Origin: Thermoplasmata archaeon
GTDB taxonomy: Archaea; Thermoplasmatota; Thermoplasmata; Thermoplasmatales; ARK-15
DNA length: 64,000 nt
Reading direction: 5' to 3'
Assembly: GCA_039794005.1 (NCBI GenBank)
Contig: JBAMMA010000019.1
Coordinates: 1 to 64,000 of the forward strand
In this document: piece after piece, positions 1 to 9,294 of the stretch
Layout of the letters: every line of letters starts with the position of its first letter
How positions within the stretch are numbered: the first letter of the stretch is position 1
Made by a program: the position numbers and the translations under genes
Notes under the pieces: generated by a model
Databases searched by the model: none
The model's input: only the letters and a program-made list of their open reading frames with translations
Told to the model about the DNA's origin: nothing

Positions 1-101
1 ATCTTTGAACCTGCACTAACATTTTCATACCATCTTTTCACAGAATCTTCCTCTAACAAGATTCTGTATTTGGGTTCAAATGTGATGATTAATAGTAACA
101 A
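1..101 (-). CDS. Probable N-terminus of a site-specific (tyrosine) integrase, truncated by the window edge
   Basis: Own translation: (L)LLLIITFEPKYRILLEEDSVKRWYENVSAGSK..., resembling N-termini of Thermoplasmata integrases as I recall them (KY..LLE...VxRW(Y/F)xN...S). Begins just downstream of a tRNA 3' end. Only 33 codons visible and no in-frame ATG. Confidence 0.5.
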   Translation of the reverse strand, partial: MLLLIITFEPKYRILLEEDSVKRWYENVSAGSK

Positions 102-137
102 TTGCTCTCATTCAAAGTATTCGCTTATGATTGTTAA

Positions 138-212
138 TGGGCTTGCCCGGATTTGAACCGGGGTCTTCGGCTCCCGAAGCCGAAAGGATAGACCAACCTA
201 CCCCACAAGCCC
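138..212 (-). tRNA. tRNA-Pro(CGG), intronless, CCA not encoded
   Basis: GGGCTTG/CAAGCCC acceptor stem, anticodon arm TCGGC-TTCGGGA-GCCGA, T-arm CCCGG-TTCAAAT-CCGGG, discriminator A. Confidence 0.96.
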
Positions 213-234
213 TCTATCATTTTAATTTATCACA

Positions 235-2139
235 CTAAGATAAAGTTTCCCTTATTTCAACGGCCATTCCCTTTTTCATGTTTTTTATTTCTTTATATGA
301 AAACAATGTCTGCCCTACTCCTATAAGATCATCATTCTCGTTTACAATTAATACTTCATCTTTTGGTCTCAAATTATGATCCATTTCAATTATGAATTTT
401 CCAAAAACGTTTTTACCTTTTCTGTTAAATTCTTCACTTTCATTTGAAACAACTACTCTCAGCTCAGGATATTTTAAGTTTTGGTGTAAAATCTTTCCCC
501 CCTCGATTTTCAATGTATATAAACCATCATTCCTAACGGACAAAATATGCTTTCCATTTCTTAAAATATTCCTTATCATTCCTGTATTTTTGCTCTTTAT
601 GAATTCAATCTCACCGTCGAATAAATATTTACATGAATTATATCCAAACTGATAATCTGCTATTGCACATCTTATTATCAAATCTGCATTCCTTTTCTCA
701 TTTTCAAAATATTTTGAAAAAATATCAATATTTTCTGGTATTCCTTCAATCCATGATATTAAATAATCAAAATCCAAATGTTCTATCATTTCATTTAGAT
801 TGTCTTCATTTTTTATATTTTCTATTCTAGGAGATTGCATGAATGGATATATATACAGATATTCATAAGGTATGAAACCGAACATTGTTTTTACCAAAAA
901 ATGAGCATCTATTTCTCCAAACAATTTCTTGATTTTATCAATATCATTTTCATCAACTATTATGCAACTTTTTCTCCTGTAATTATAATTATTGTAAAAT
1001 CTTTTTTCTACCAATTTAAATATTGGTCTATTAAGAGTCTCGACACCCGTATAAAATACAGGGTGATTTCTATAAATCGGTTCATGTTCTTCCAATATGT
1101 GTGAATATTTCTCCAATACTTTTAATCCCTTATATAAAGATGGGTGGCATCTGGATCTTTCTTCAACGTATTCCCAAAGGCTTTCTTCCCTTATAAAAGA
1201 TTTTATTCTCCTTATTTCATCCATTGCCATGTATAAATTGTGCCTTGAAAGAATGTTTATTATTTCATCTTCTTCCATTTCCATTATTTCCTTTGGTGTA
1301 TATTTTTCTATATAAGGGCTAACATATGGAAAATATTCTATATCCTTTAGATACCTGGTACCATCTGGGAAAATTATCCTTTTATCCCTGGCGTATTTTA
1401 CATAAGATGAAGAATCAAAAAAATCTATTCCAAGTAAAATTGCCATTGAAAAAAACATTGGATGACCCGCACCAAATAAATGAATGGGTTTTGAAAAATC
1501 TACGCTTAATCTTGAATTTATTATTATTTCAATGATTTCAGAATATCTGTAAGATTCCAGGAGAGGCACTACACCTCCAATTGGATAATATTCAAGGTCC
1601 AGGGAATTCATCATTTCGGCAGATTTCTTTCTGAGATCGTTGTATATAGACCCTTGTATAGGCCCAGCAATATCCCTTCCTGCAATGTCCATTGCTTCAA
1701 CGGCCCTTTTATATGTTTCTAAAACGGCTTCTTTTGCTTTTTCATAGCTATCTTCGGGGGTGGAAAAGATGTCCAAAATGGTTATGATATCACTCTTTAT
1801 ATTTTTTTGAAATTCAACAATCTCTTTATTTTTTATTTCAACATCTCCATAAACATAGCTTTGAAATGTTCCGGAATCAGTCATTATTATTCCGTCAAAG
1901 TTAAGCATGTTTTTCAAACCTTCATTTAATGCCCTCTCTCTCAATTTTTTATCTTTATATATAATGTAAGAATTTGTTATTATTGCGTTAATTCCAAAAA
2001 TATTCTTTATTTCTTCAGGAGAAATTACAATAATGTTTGGATTAATAACAGGCATGAGAAGAGGGGTCTCAACACTCTTCCCATGCACTTCAAACTTTCC
2101 TATTCTGGCAAGGCCATCTCTATGTTTAATTTCAAACAT
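235..2139 (-). CDS. tgtA: Archaeosine tRNA-guanine(15) transglycosylase (ArcTGT) with C-terminal PUA domain
   Basis: RDGLARIG, ETPxxMPV, IMTDSGTFQ, GPIQG, IGGVVP, HLFGAGHP, DFFDS motifs; C-terminal PUA-like domain (GKNVFGKF...RPKDEVLIVNE...GVG). Confidence 0.95.
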   Translation of the reverse strand: MFEIKHRDGLARIGKFEVHGKSVETPLLMPVINPNIIVISPEEIKNIFGINAIITNSYIIYKDKKLRERALNEGLKNMLNFDGIIMTDSGTFQSYVYGDVEIKNKEIVEFQKNIKSDIITILDIFSTPEDSYEKAKEAVLETYKRAVEAMDIAGRDIAGPIQGSIYNDLRKKSAEMMNSLDLEYYPIGGVVPLLESYRYSEIIEIIINSRLSVDFSKPIHLFGAGHPMFFSMAILLGIDFFDSSSYVKYARDKRIIFPDGTRYLKDIEYFPYVSPYIEKYTPKEIMEMEEDEIINILSRHNLYMAMDEIRRIKSFIREESLWEYVEERSRCHPSLYKGLKVLEKYSHILEEHEPIYRNHPVFYTGVETLNRPIFKLVEKRFYNNYNYRRKSCIIVDENDIDKIKKLFGEIDAHFLVKTMFGFIPYEYLYIYPFMQSPRIENIKNEDNLNEMIEHLDFDYLISWIEGIPENIDIFSKYFENEKRNADLIIRCAIADYQFGYNSCKYLFDGEIEFIKSKNTGMIRNILRNGKHILSVRNDGLYTLKIEGGKILHQNLKYPELRVVVSNESEEFNRKGKNVFGKFIIEMDHNLRPKDEVLIVNENDDLIGVGQTLFSYKEIKNMKKGMAVEIRETLS

Positions 2140-3144
2140 TTATTTCTTCAGTTCTTTTTTAAGCTCTTCTATGAATATTGGTATAACTTCCCTGTAATCG
2201 CCAACTATTCCAAAATCAGCTATGTTAAATATTGGCGCATTCGGGTCCTTGTTTATTGCCACAATGATCTTTGAATCCTTCATACCCACGATATGCTGTA
2301 TTGTTCCTGAAATTCCAACAGCAATGTATAGATCTGGTGCAACTGTTAATCCGCTCTGGCCTACCTGTGCAGATTTTGGCATCCATCCCAGTTCTACAGC
2401 AACCCTTGATGCTCCAACGGCGCCACCCAATAAATCTGCCAGTTCCTGAAGGATTGCAAAACCATCCTTTGAACCAATGCCTCTTCCACCGCTCACAACT
2501 ACCCTAGCTTCATCTACCTTTTTTGTTCCAGTCTGGGTTGTCTTAACAATCTCCTTTATTACGGTTCTTAGGTTTACCATGCTCAGATCCGGCTTAACGT
2601 TTATAATTTCACCCTTTCTATTCCTGTCATAATTTTCAGCTTTGAATACGTTCGGTCTTACAGTTGCAATCTGAGGCCTGTGATTTGGTGTTATTATTTC
2701 ACCCATTATGTTACCGCCATAGGCAGGCCTAATCTGAATAAACTTTCCGTTTCTTATCTGCAAATCTGTGCAATCTGCAGTCATACCAGTCTGAAGATAT
2801 GCCGCAATTCTTGGACCATATTCTCTTCCGGTGTGCGTAGCAGGTATTAAAACAATCTCTGGCTTTAGATTTTCAATAAATTTAGATAATACTGCAGAAT
2901 AAAGTTCTGCAATATAATTTTCCAGTATTTTGTCCTCCATTATGTATGCAATATCTGCTCCATAATATATCAAATCGTTTGCAAATTGGGAAATGTTATT
3001 TCCCAATAAGATTGCATATAACTTTGTATTCAAATCATTGGCTAACTGTCTACCTTTTGATATGAGTTGATATGTAACTGGTCTTACCTTGTTATCGTAA
3101 ATTTCACCTACCACCAGGATTCCTTTGTAATCGCTTAAATTCAT
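2140..3144 (-). CDS. etfA: Electron transfer flavoprotein alpha subunit
   Basis: GMTADCT, RPAYGGN, VVSGGRG, VGASRVAV, QVGQSG, GISGTIQH.VGM, AINKDPNAPIF. Confidence 0.96.
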   Translation of the reverse strand: MNLSDYKGILVVGEIYDNKVRPVTYQLISKGRQLANDLNTKLYAILLGNNISQFANDLIYYGADIAYIMEDKILENYIAELYSAVLSKFIENLKPEIVLIPATHTGREYGPRIAAYLQTGMTADCTDLQIRNGKFIQIRPAYGGNIMGEIITPNHRPQIATVRPNVFKAENYDRNRKGEIINVKPDLSMVNLRTVIKEIVKTTQTGTKKVDEARVVVSGGRGIGSKDGFAILQELADLLGGAVGASRVAVELGWMPKSAQVGQSGLTVAPDLYIAVGISGTIQHIVGMKDSKIIVAINKDPNAPIFNIADFGIVGDYREVIPIFIEELKKELKK

Positions 3145-3929
3145 TCTATCACCTTCTTTTCCTTGAGATGTTCTATAATCTTTCTCACGGCCTCTCTGTA
3201 ATCTCCGGTGAATATCTGACCCTTTTCCCTCTTAGGGGGAGGATACATTTTCACAACTCTTGTAGGAGATCCATTAAGACCAAACTTACTCTTATCTCCA
3301 TCGATATCGTCAGCCTTCATCCATATGTAAGGCTTGTTCTTTGCCTTTATTATGCCACTCATGGTGGGATTTGAATATTCAAAATTAGGAGGAGGTATGC
3401 ATGCCACCAATGCTGGCAACTTCATCTCAATGGTTCTGTATCCATCTTCCAGTAGACTTTTTACTATGATGGAATTATTCTCTATTTTTTCCACCTTTTC
3501 CACATAACTCGTATGAGGTATACCAAGCCATTGTGCTACCTGTGGTCCTATATGACCTGTATCGCCGTCTGTAGCCTGGTTTCCTGCAAAAATAATGTCA
3601 TAAGGTCCAGTCTTTTGTATTGCCAAGCTAAGAGCATAGGATGTTGCCAAAGTATCGGATCCTCCAAAAGCCCTATCTGAAATGTGATATGCTTTATCAG
3701 CACCCAATGCCAGGCACTTTTGAAGAGCAGACTTTGCCTGCTCTGGTGCTAGCGTCATAACTGATACTTCTCCTCCATATTGTTCCCTTATTCTGAGTGC
3801 TTCTTCCAAGGCGTACTGGTCGAACATATTCAGTATGCTCTGTATACCTTCCCTTATCATGACACCCCTTTCATCAAACTTAACATCTGAAGTATCTGGA
3901 ACCTGTTTTACGAGTACCAATATTTTCAT
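3141..3929 (-). CDS. etfB: Electron transfer flavoprotein beta subunit
   Basis: MKILVLVKQVPD, ALEEAL, GADKA, AFGGSDTLATS, QATDGDTG, GLNGSPTRV. Confidence 0.96.
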   Translation of the reverse strand: MKILVLVKQVPDTSDVKFDERGVMIREGIQSILNMFDQYALEEALRIREQYGGEVSVMTLAPEQAKSALQKCLALGADKAYHISDRAFGGSDTLATSYALSLAIQKTGPYDIIFAGNQATDGDTGHIGPQVAQWLGIPHTSYVEKVEKIENNSIIVKSLLEDGYRTIEMKLPALVACIPPPNFEYSNPTMSGIIKAKNKPYIWMKADDIDGDKSKFGLNGSPTRVVKMYPPPKREKGQIFTGDYREAVRKIIEHLKEKKVIE

Positions 3930-3939
3930 TCAAAATCAC

Positions 3940-5136
3940 CTATTTGTATGAAATGTATTCCTTTCCCAACAATTCCCTGGATACTATAACCTTCATTATT
4001 TCCTTTGTTCCCTCGGCCCATCCAAATGACCTTATTGCCCTCCAGGCCACCTGGTCAACGCACTCCTTTGAATACCCAAAAGCACCCTGCCACTGCATTA
4101 CATCATCTATGGCAGCACAAGCCCATTCCTGTGCAAACATTTTTGCCATGGCTATTGCCTTACTTACCTCAAACCTAGATGCTTTCCCGAGCATTTCCTG
4201 ATGGTATAACCATAATGCGTAATAAGCTCCCCATCTCAAATAACTCAATTTAGTATAATGTTCAGCAAGTTTAAACTGCAGGGCCTCAAATTTCGCAAGT
4301 GGCAATCCAAATGCCTTCCTCTGCTTCATGTAATTCATTCCTCTCTCGAGTGATTTTAGTCCTGCAGCAGCAGATATTACGGCAATTAATCCCCTTGCAT
4401 ATTCATATCCTTCATGAACTATGTAAAATCCCTTTCCCTCTTGTCCAATAATGTAATGTGGTGGTATTTCAACATTATCAATGGTGAATCCACCCGTAGA
4501 AATCCCTTCCCTGCCTAAGTCATCAACATATTGAGGAATTATTCCCTTTGATTGTAATGGTAGATAGAACAATGTCATTCCCTTTGCTCCCAATTCCGGG
4601 AACTGTTTTGCAATTGTTATGTGTCCTCCTCCTCTGGTATAAGCTTCCCTTACACCGCTTATATACATCTTTTCCCCATTTACAATATATTTGTTTCCCT
4701 CTTTTCTTATTGTGGTTTTTGTTCCCAAAACATCTGAACCGGCATCAGATTCTGTTGTGGCAATACCTAAAAACCATTTACCCTTTGTAACATTGGGCAG
4801 AATCTCTTTTTTTGCCTCTTCTGTTCCATATTTATTAAAAACATGACCCCATGATGCCTGGACCAAATAAAATACGGGTATAGAACCAGTTGGATCCGCC
4901 TTTGACAATTCCTCCGCTATTATACCAGCAGTAACTGGATCAAATCCCTGTCCACCATATTCCGGTGATACAGTGGGTGCGATCAATCCAAGTTCGGCCA
5001 TTCCCTCGATTACTTCATCGGGTATTTTGTGGGTTTCTTCCATCTTCAATGCAATAGGCTCAATTTTCTTCTTGGCAAAATCCCTAACGCTCTCTCTAAT
5101 CATTTCCTGTTCTTCAGTAAACGTAAAATCGAGCAT
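3940..5136 (-). CDS. Acyl-CoA dehydrogenase
   Basis: FTEEQEMIRESVRDFA, EYGG, TESDAGSD, NGEKMYIS, RKAFG, QWQGAFGY, AEGT (catalytic Glu); directly upstream of etfBA. Confidence 0.95.
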   Translation of the reverse strand: MLDFTFTEEQEMIRESVRDFAKKKIEPIALKMEETHKIPDEVIEGMAELGLIAPTVSPEYGGQGFDPVTAGIIAEELSKADPTGSIPVFYLVQASWGHVFNKYGTEEAKKEILPNVTKGKWFLGIATTESDAGSDVLGTKTTIRKEGNKYIVNGEKMYISGVREAYTRGGGHITIAKQFPELGAKGMTLFYLPLQSKGIIPQYVDDLGREGISTGGFTIDNVEIPPHYIIGQEGKGFYIVHEGYEYARGLIAVISAAAGLKSLERGMNYMKQRKAFGLPLAKFEALQFKLAEHYTKLSYLRWGAYYALWLYHQEMLGKASRFEVSKAIAMAKMFAQEWACAAIDDVMQWQGAFGYSKECVDQVAWRAIRSFGWAEGTKEIMKVIVSRELLGKEYISYK

Positions 5137-5217
5137 TTTTTCACCATTTGGAAAATTGCATGTGTATATTTAAACTTGTTTAAAAATAAAAATATAGAAA
5201 TTAAAATTTAAAAAAAA

Positions 5218-5619
5218 TTATTCATTTGGAACAAATTTATAACCATATTCTATTATACCGGCCTCGTCCTCTTCCCTTATCCTCCTAAAGGCAATTTTTA
5301 CTGGCATACCTATTTTTACTTCCTTTGGATCAATGTCAACTAACTGACCTGTTACTTTAACTCCAGAATCCATTTCTGCAATTATGAAAACGTAGGGTTT
5401 CAAGAACTTAAAATCGGGGAGATCTTGGTAAACTACGGTATATGAATAAACTTTTCCGCTATTTTTTATCTCCACTTTTTCCATTTTCCCCACGGATTCC
5501 CTGTGGCATTGTGGGCATACTTCTCTTGGAGGGAAATATATCCTTCCGCATTTTGGACATTTTGTTCCTACGAGCCTGTATCTGTGCTGAAACTCTCTCC
5601 AATACCTAGGTATCGTCAT
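5218..5619 (-). CDS. DUF35-family Zn-ribbon/OB-fold scaffold protein of the thiolase-HMGCS complex
   Basis: CPKCG..FPPREVCPQC Zn ribbon, GKVYSYT, IGMPV, YGYKF; adjacent to thiolase and HMGCS. Confidence 0.93.
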   Translation of the reverse strand: MTIPRYWREFQHRYRLVGTKCPKCGRIYFPPREVCPQCHRESVGKMEKVEIKNSGKVYSYTVVYQDLPDFKFLKPYVFIIAEMDSGVKVTGQLVDIDPKEVKIGMPVKIAFRRIREEDEAGIIEYGYKFVPNE

Positions 5620-6789
5620 TTATACCACCTCCAATATATGGGATACGGAAACAGAACCTGTACCAGCTATATTTACTGCCAATGCCTTGTCGGCATTTGG
5701 AACTTGCCTCTTCTCTGCCTTGTTTCTAAGTTGTATTACAGACTCAACAATCTGACCTATGCCTGTTGCTCCCATTGGATGTCCTTTTGCCTTTAAGCCT
5801 CCAGATGTGTTAATTGCAATCTTTGAATCGTGGTGTCCATACCCTTCCATTATATATTTACCTGCCTTCCCCCTTGGGAATATACCTATCTCTTCCAAGA
5901 TTAATAGACCCATTATTGATGATGAATCATGTACCTCCACAACCTTGATTTTATTTATATCCAACTTTGCCATTTTAAGAGCCTTTTCAGTTGAAATTCT
6001 TACAGATTTTAAATTTAAAATATTATCCCTATCCTGAAGAAGCATAAAGTCTGATGATATGGCTGAACCTGAAATCTTGATTTTAACCTCAGGTTTGATT
6101 TCTCTGACCTTTTCCTCACTTGCAAGTACTATTGCTGCAGCTCCATCGGAATATGGAGCCATGTCAAGCATTGTAAGTGGTTCTGCCACCAATGTTGAAT
6201 TTAATACATCTTCTATCTTAATTTTATTCCTGAAATGAGCATATGGATTTTCAGAACCATGTTCATGCGATAAAACGGGTAGTATTGCAATCTCCTCCCT
6301 TTTTGCATCATATTCATGCATGTATCTCCTTGCCATAAGACCTTGTAATGCTGCGAGAGTACCTCCATGAAACAGTTCCCATTCCTGGTCTACTTCACCA
6401 GATACTACTTCTGCCTGATCTTCCATTGAGACATCTGTTAACTTTTCAACTCCACCAACCAATACTAAATCATATAACCCCGATGCAACCGAAATATATC
6501 CTGCATGGACTGCTGCACCACCACTAGCACTTCCATTCTCAATCCTCATTGCGGGTATATTGTTATAAGATAGACCTGAAAAATCCGATATTAATGATCC
6601 AATATTATCTTGATATATTGTACTACCAGCACTCATATTTCCACCAAATATAGCCTGTATATCCCTTGAATATATGTTTGCATCTTCGATTGCCTTTAAC
6701 CCAGCTTCCACAACCAATGATCTAAGTGATTTTTCCCAATGCTCTCCATATTTTGTTTGTCCAATTCCAATTATGTAAACATCCCTCAT
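5620..6789 (-). CDS. Archaeal acetoacetyl-CoA thiolase homolog (SCP2-thiolase type) with catalytic Cys residues replaced
   Basis: VYIIGIGQT, GGVEKL, SDGAAA, EVHD, NTSGGLKAKGHPMGATG; start reassigned to ATG at 6789 after GGGTGA SD. Confidence 0.9.
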   Translation of the reverse strand: MRDVYIIGIGQTKYGEHWEKSLRSLVVEAGLKAIEDANIYSRDIQAIFGGNMSAGSTIYQDNIGSLISDFSGLSYNNIPAMRIENGSASGGAAVHAGYISVASGLYDLVLVGGVEKLTDVSMEDQAEVVSGEVDQEWELFHGGTLAALQGLMARRYMHEYDAKREEIAILPVLSHEHGSENPYAHFRNKIKIEDVLNSTLVAEPLTMLDMAPYSDGAAAIVLASEEKVREIKPEVKIKISGSAISSDFMLLQDRDNILNLKSVRISTEKALKMAKLDINKIKVVEVHDSSSIMGLLILEEIGIFPRGKAGKYIMEGYGHHDSKIAINTSGGLKAKGHPMGATGIGQIVESVIQLRNKAEKRQVPNADKALAVNIAGTGSVSVSHILEVV

Positions 6790-6790
6790 T

Positions 6791-7831
6791 TTAATCACCC
6801 ATCTTAATCTTTTTCTTGAATTTTGTATATATTGCATAATCTATGTATTTCCCATTCTCAATCTGGTTCCAAACAAATTTTGCATTTTCTCTTTGGTAAT
6901 TCTCTATATTTTTATTCACCTCAATATGAAAACCATCACTACCAGCACCAGAACCAAATGAGACTGCCAATATTCTGTCATCCGGCTTTGCAATATCCAA
7001 AATAGCAGATAATCCCGTTATCATAGACCCTGAATATGTATTTCCAATGTAAGGAACGATCAATCCCTGTTTTATTTGATTTTCCTTGAAACCTAGCATT
7101 TTTGCAGCCCTAGTTGGGAATTTTCCATTTGGCTGATGAAATACTGCATAAGTATAATCTTCCGGTTTAGTTTTCATTATTTCCATAATCTTTTTTGCAA
7201 CGGTCAAAACATGCTTGAAATATGCAGGTTCACCTGTAAACCTTCCACCATGTTTAGGGTAGTCTTGCCCTTCCCTCCTCCAAAAGTCCGGGGTATCCGT
7301 AGTTATAGAATATGTTACTTTAATATCTGCTATTGTATTTTCTTTACCTATTATAAAAGCTGTTCCACCGGCCGCAGCAGAATATTCCAATGCATCTCCA
7401 GGAGCTCCCTGACTAGTGTCTGCACCAATTGCAACACCATTCTCTATCATTCCAGATTCTACCATTGCCATTACACTCTGCATTGCAGCTGTTCCTGCTT
7501 TGCATGCAAATTCATAATCTGCAGCTGTAATGTTTGGTGTCAATCCCAGTGCCTCGGCAACAATTGTTGCAGTTGGCTTTACAGCATATGGATGCGACTC
7601 GGAACCGACATAAACCGCTCCTATATTTTTTACATTTTTTCTATTCATTGCATTTCTCAATGCTTCAACAGAGATTGTAGCAGTGTCTTCATCAGGTCCA
7701 GGAACACTCTTGCTGTATATCATAAGGCCACTTTTTATATCCTCTGGATCTTCTCCCCATACCCTTGCTATTTCTTCTGTCTTAATCCTCCACTTTGGTA
7801 TATAAGATCCATAACTAACAATACCTACCAT
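6791..7831 (-). CDS. mvaS: Hydroxymethylglutaryl-CoA synthase (archaeal type)
   Basis: [22 protein letters not shown] (catalytic Cys), [32 protein letters not shown]; start likely ATG at 7831. Confidence 0.95.
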   Translation of the reverse strand: MVGIVSYGSYIPKWRIKTEEIARVWGEDPEDIKSGLMIYSKSVPGPDEDTATISVEALRNAMNRKNVKNIGAVYVGSESHPYAVKPTATIVAEALGLTPNITAADYEFACKAGTAAMQSVMAMVESGMIENGVAIGADTSQGAPGDALEYSAAAGGTAFIIGKENTIADIKVTYSITTDTPDFWRREGQDYPKHGGRFTGEPAYFKHVLTVAKKIMEIMKTKPEDYTYAVFHQPNGKFPTRAAKMLGFKENQIKQGLIVPYIGNTYSGSMITGLSAILDIAKPDDRILAVSFGSGAGSDGFHIEVNKNIENYQRENAKFVWNQIENGKYIDYAIYTKFKKKIKMGD

Positions 7832-7906
7832 TAATGACACCAAAAATTAGAAAATAATAATATAATAAATATTTAACGGTTGTATAATGTTATATTAGAC
7901 AATTGT

Positions 7907-8194
7907 CTATTTTTCTTCCACTATGTATCCCATTTCCTCCAGAATTTTCTTCACCTTTTCACGGTGATCTCCCTGCAATTCTATCCTCTCATCCTTAAAG
8001 GTTCCTCCTGTGGAGACACTATGCTTCAATTCTTTTGCAAGCTCTTTGAGGTCTGTAGAGGAGTCAAATCCCTCTATTATTGTCATTGTTTTTCCATACC
8101 TTCTGCGGTCGAGATAAACTTTTAAAACCTGCTGTCCTGGGACTTCATCCAAGCCTGCCAACTCTTTTGGTAATCCAGAAATTGGTTTCTTCAT
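7907..8194 (-). CDS. sui1: Translation initiation factor aIF1 (SUI1)
   Basis: RRRYGKTMTIIEG, LAKELK, GGTFK, IELQGDHR. Confidence 0.93.
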   Translation of the reverse strand: MKKPISGLPKELAGLDEVPGQQVLKVYLDRRRYGKTMTIIEGFDSSTDLKELAKELKHSVSTGGTFKDERIELQGDHREKVKKILEEMGYIVEEK

Positions 8195-8272
8195 TTCATT
8201 TAATAAAAATAATTTTTAGTATATATATTTTATGATGGAACATTTAATAAAAGATTGTAATTTGCTTATTTT

Positions 8273-8623
8273 ATGTATAAACTTGTGGTATTGGTGAGAA
8301 CAGACATAAAAATGTCTAAAGGGAAGACTGCTGTACAGGTGGCACATGCATCTGTAACATGTGCCATAAAATCTTACCTTTCGGATTTTAAAATATTTAA
8401 TGCATGGTATTTAGAGGGTCAGAAAAAGGTCGCATTAAAAGTTAAAAATATCAATGAATTGATGGAATTTAAGAAAAAATTGGATGAAAATAATATACTA
8501 AACTGTGTTATAAGCGATGCAGGTCTTACAGAACTAGAACCGGGAACAATAACAGTTCTTGGGGCAGGGCCTTGGAAGGAGGAAGAAATAGACAGAATTA
8601 CTGGACATCTTCCACTTCTATAG
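8273..8623 (+). CDS. pth2: Peptidyl-tRNA hydrolase 2
   Basis: VRTDIKMSKGKTAVQVAHA, GQKKVALKV, DAGLTELEPGT, GP, ITGHLPLL. Confidence 0.95.
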   Translation: MYKLVVLVRTDIKMSKGKTAVQVAHASVTCAIKSYLSDFKIFNAWYLEGQKKVALKVKNINELMEFKKKLDENNILNCVISDAGLTELEPGTITVLGAGPWKEEEIDRITGHLPLL

Positions 8624-9218
8624 TGTCAACTATTTCAGCATATCCCTGTTTATTAAGCAATATTGCCAATTTTGAAGGTAATGTAACGATATCCTCCTTG
8701 CTTATTATCAATTCACCTTCAAATACATTTAATTTTTCATTATTGGGAAATTCAACTAAAAATCTAACAATGCTATAATTGGATTTAGATTCTTTTACCT
8801 TTTTATCAATTTTTTCTTCTTTTTCTTCCTTTATTTCAATTTTTTCTACCTTTTTATTCATTAAATAATCGTTCAAAATTTCTTTTATTCTTTCATATAT
8901 TTCGAATTCTTGTGGGGTCAAATTCGTCGTATCTGTGTTTATTTTCAAAAATACATTGTCCAGAGCCATAGAGAATATTATTTTTATTCTGTTCATTTTT
9001 AAATCCTTCAAATTTTTTTCAATCCTTTCGATCTTGTCCTTTATGTCCATATATTCATCCTTTCTATCCTCGTTCGCATACTTTGCCATTTCATCCTTCA
9101 TCACCCTTATGTTTTCCTCTACATAAGAATAAAAATTTTCAGGTAAACTAATCAAATGTTTGCTATTCTTTTGTCTTTTAATAATTGACGATATTTTTAT
9201 TTCTAGATCTTCCATCAT
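8598..9218 (-). CDS. DNA replication GINS subunit (Gins15/51-type)
   Basis: Helical A-domain (LPENFYSYV, RIKII, NLTPQE) followed by a C-terminal B-domain (VRFLVEFP...KEDIVTLP..LA..L..QGYAE). Confidence 0.75.
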   Translation of the reverse strand: MMEDLEIKISSIIKRQKNSKHLISLPENFYSYVEENIRVMKDEMAKYANEDRKDEYMDIKDKIERIEKNLKDLKMNRIKIIFSMALDNVFLKINTDTTNLTPQEFEIYERIKEILNDYLMNKKVEKIEIKEEKEEKIDKKVKESKSNYSIVRFLVEFPNNEKLNVFEGELIISKEDIVTLPSKLAILLNKQGYAEIVDTIEVEDVQ

Positions 9219-9294
9219 AATCTAAATTTAATTCATTCTATTTATTTATATCTGTCAGAAAAGTATATATTAAAATTGTATTTATGGATTAATA

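Noticed and set aside
235-2139. Bacterial-type TGT as the partner for QueA
   Set aside because: Length, PUA domain and the GGVVP/HLFGAGHP motifs identify the archaeosine-type enzyme.
7136-7834. 232-aa plus-strand ORF
   Set aside because: Antisense shadow of HMG-CoA synthase; Cys/Phe-rich, non-protein-like composition.
8598-8623. Convergent 3' overlaps (pth2/gins; also purD/nep1 and iorB/hgdB-like) as antisense regulation
   Set aside because: Short tail-to-tail overlaps are ordinary in compact AT-rich archaeal genomes.
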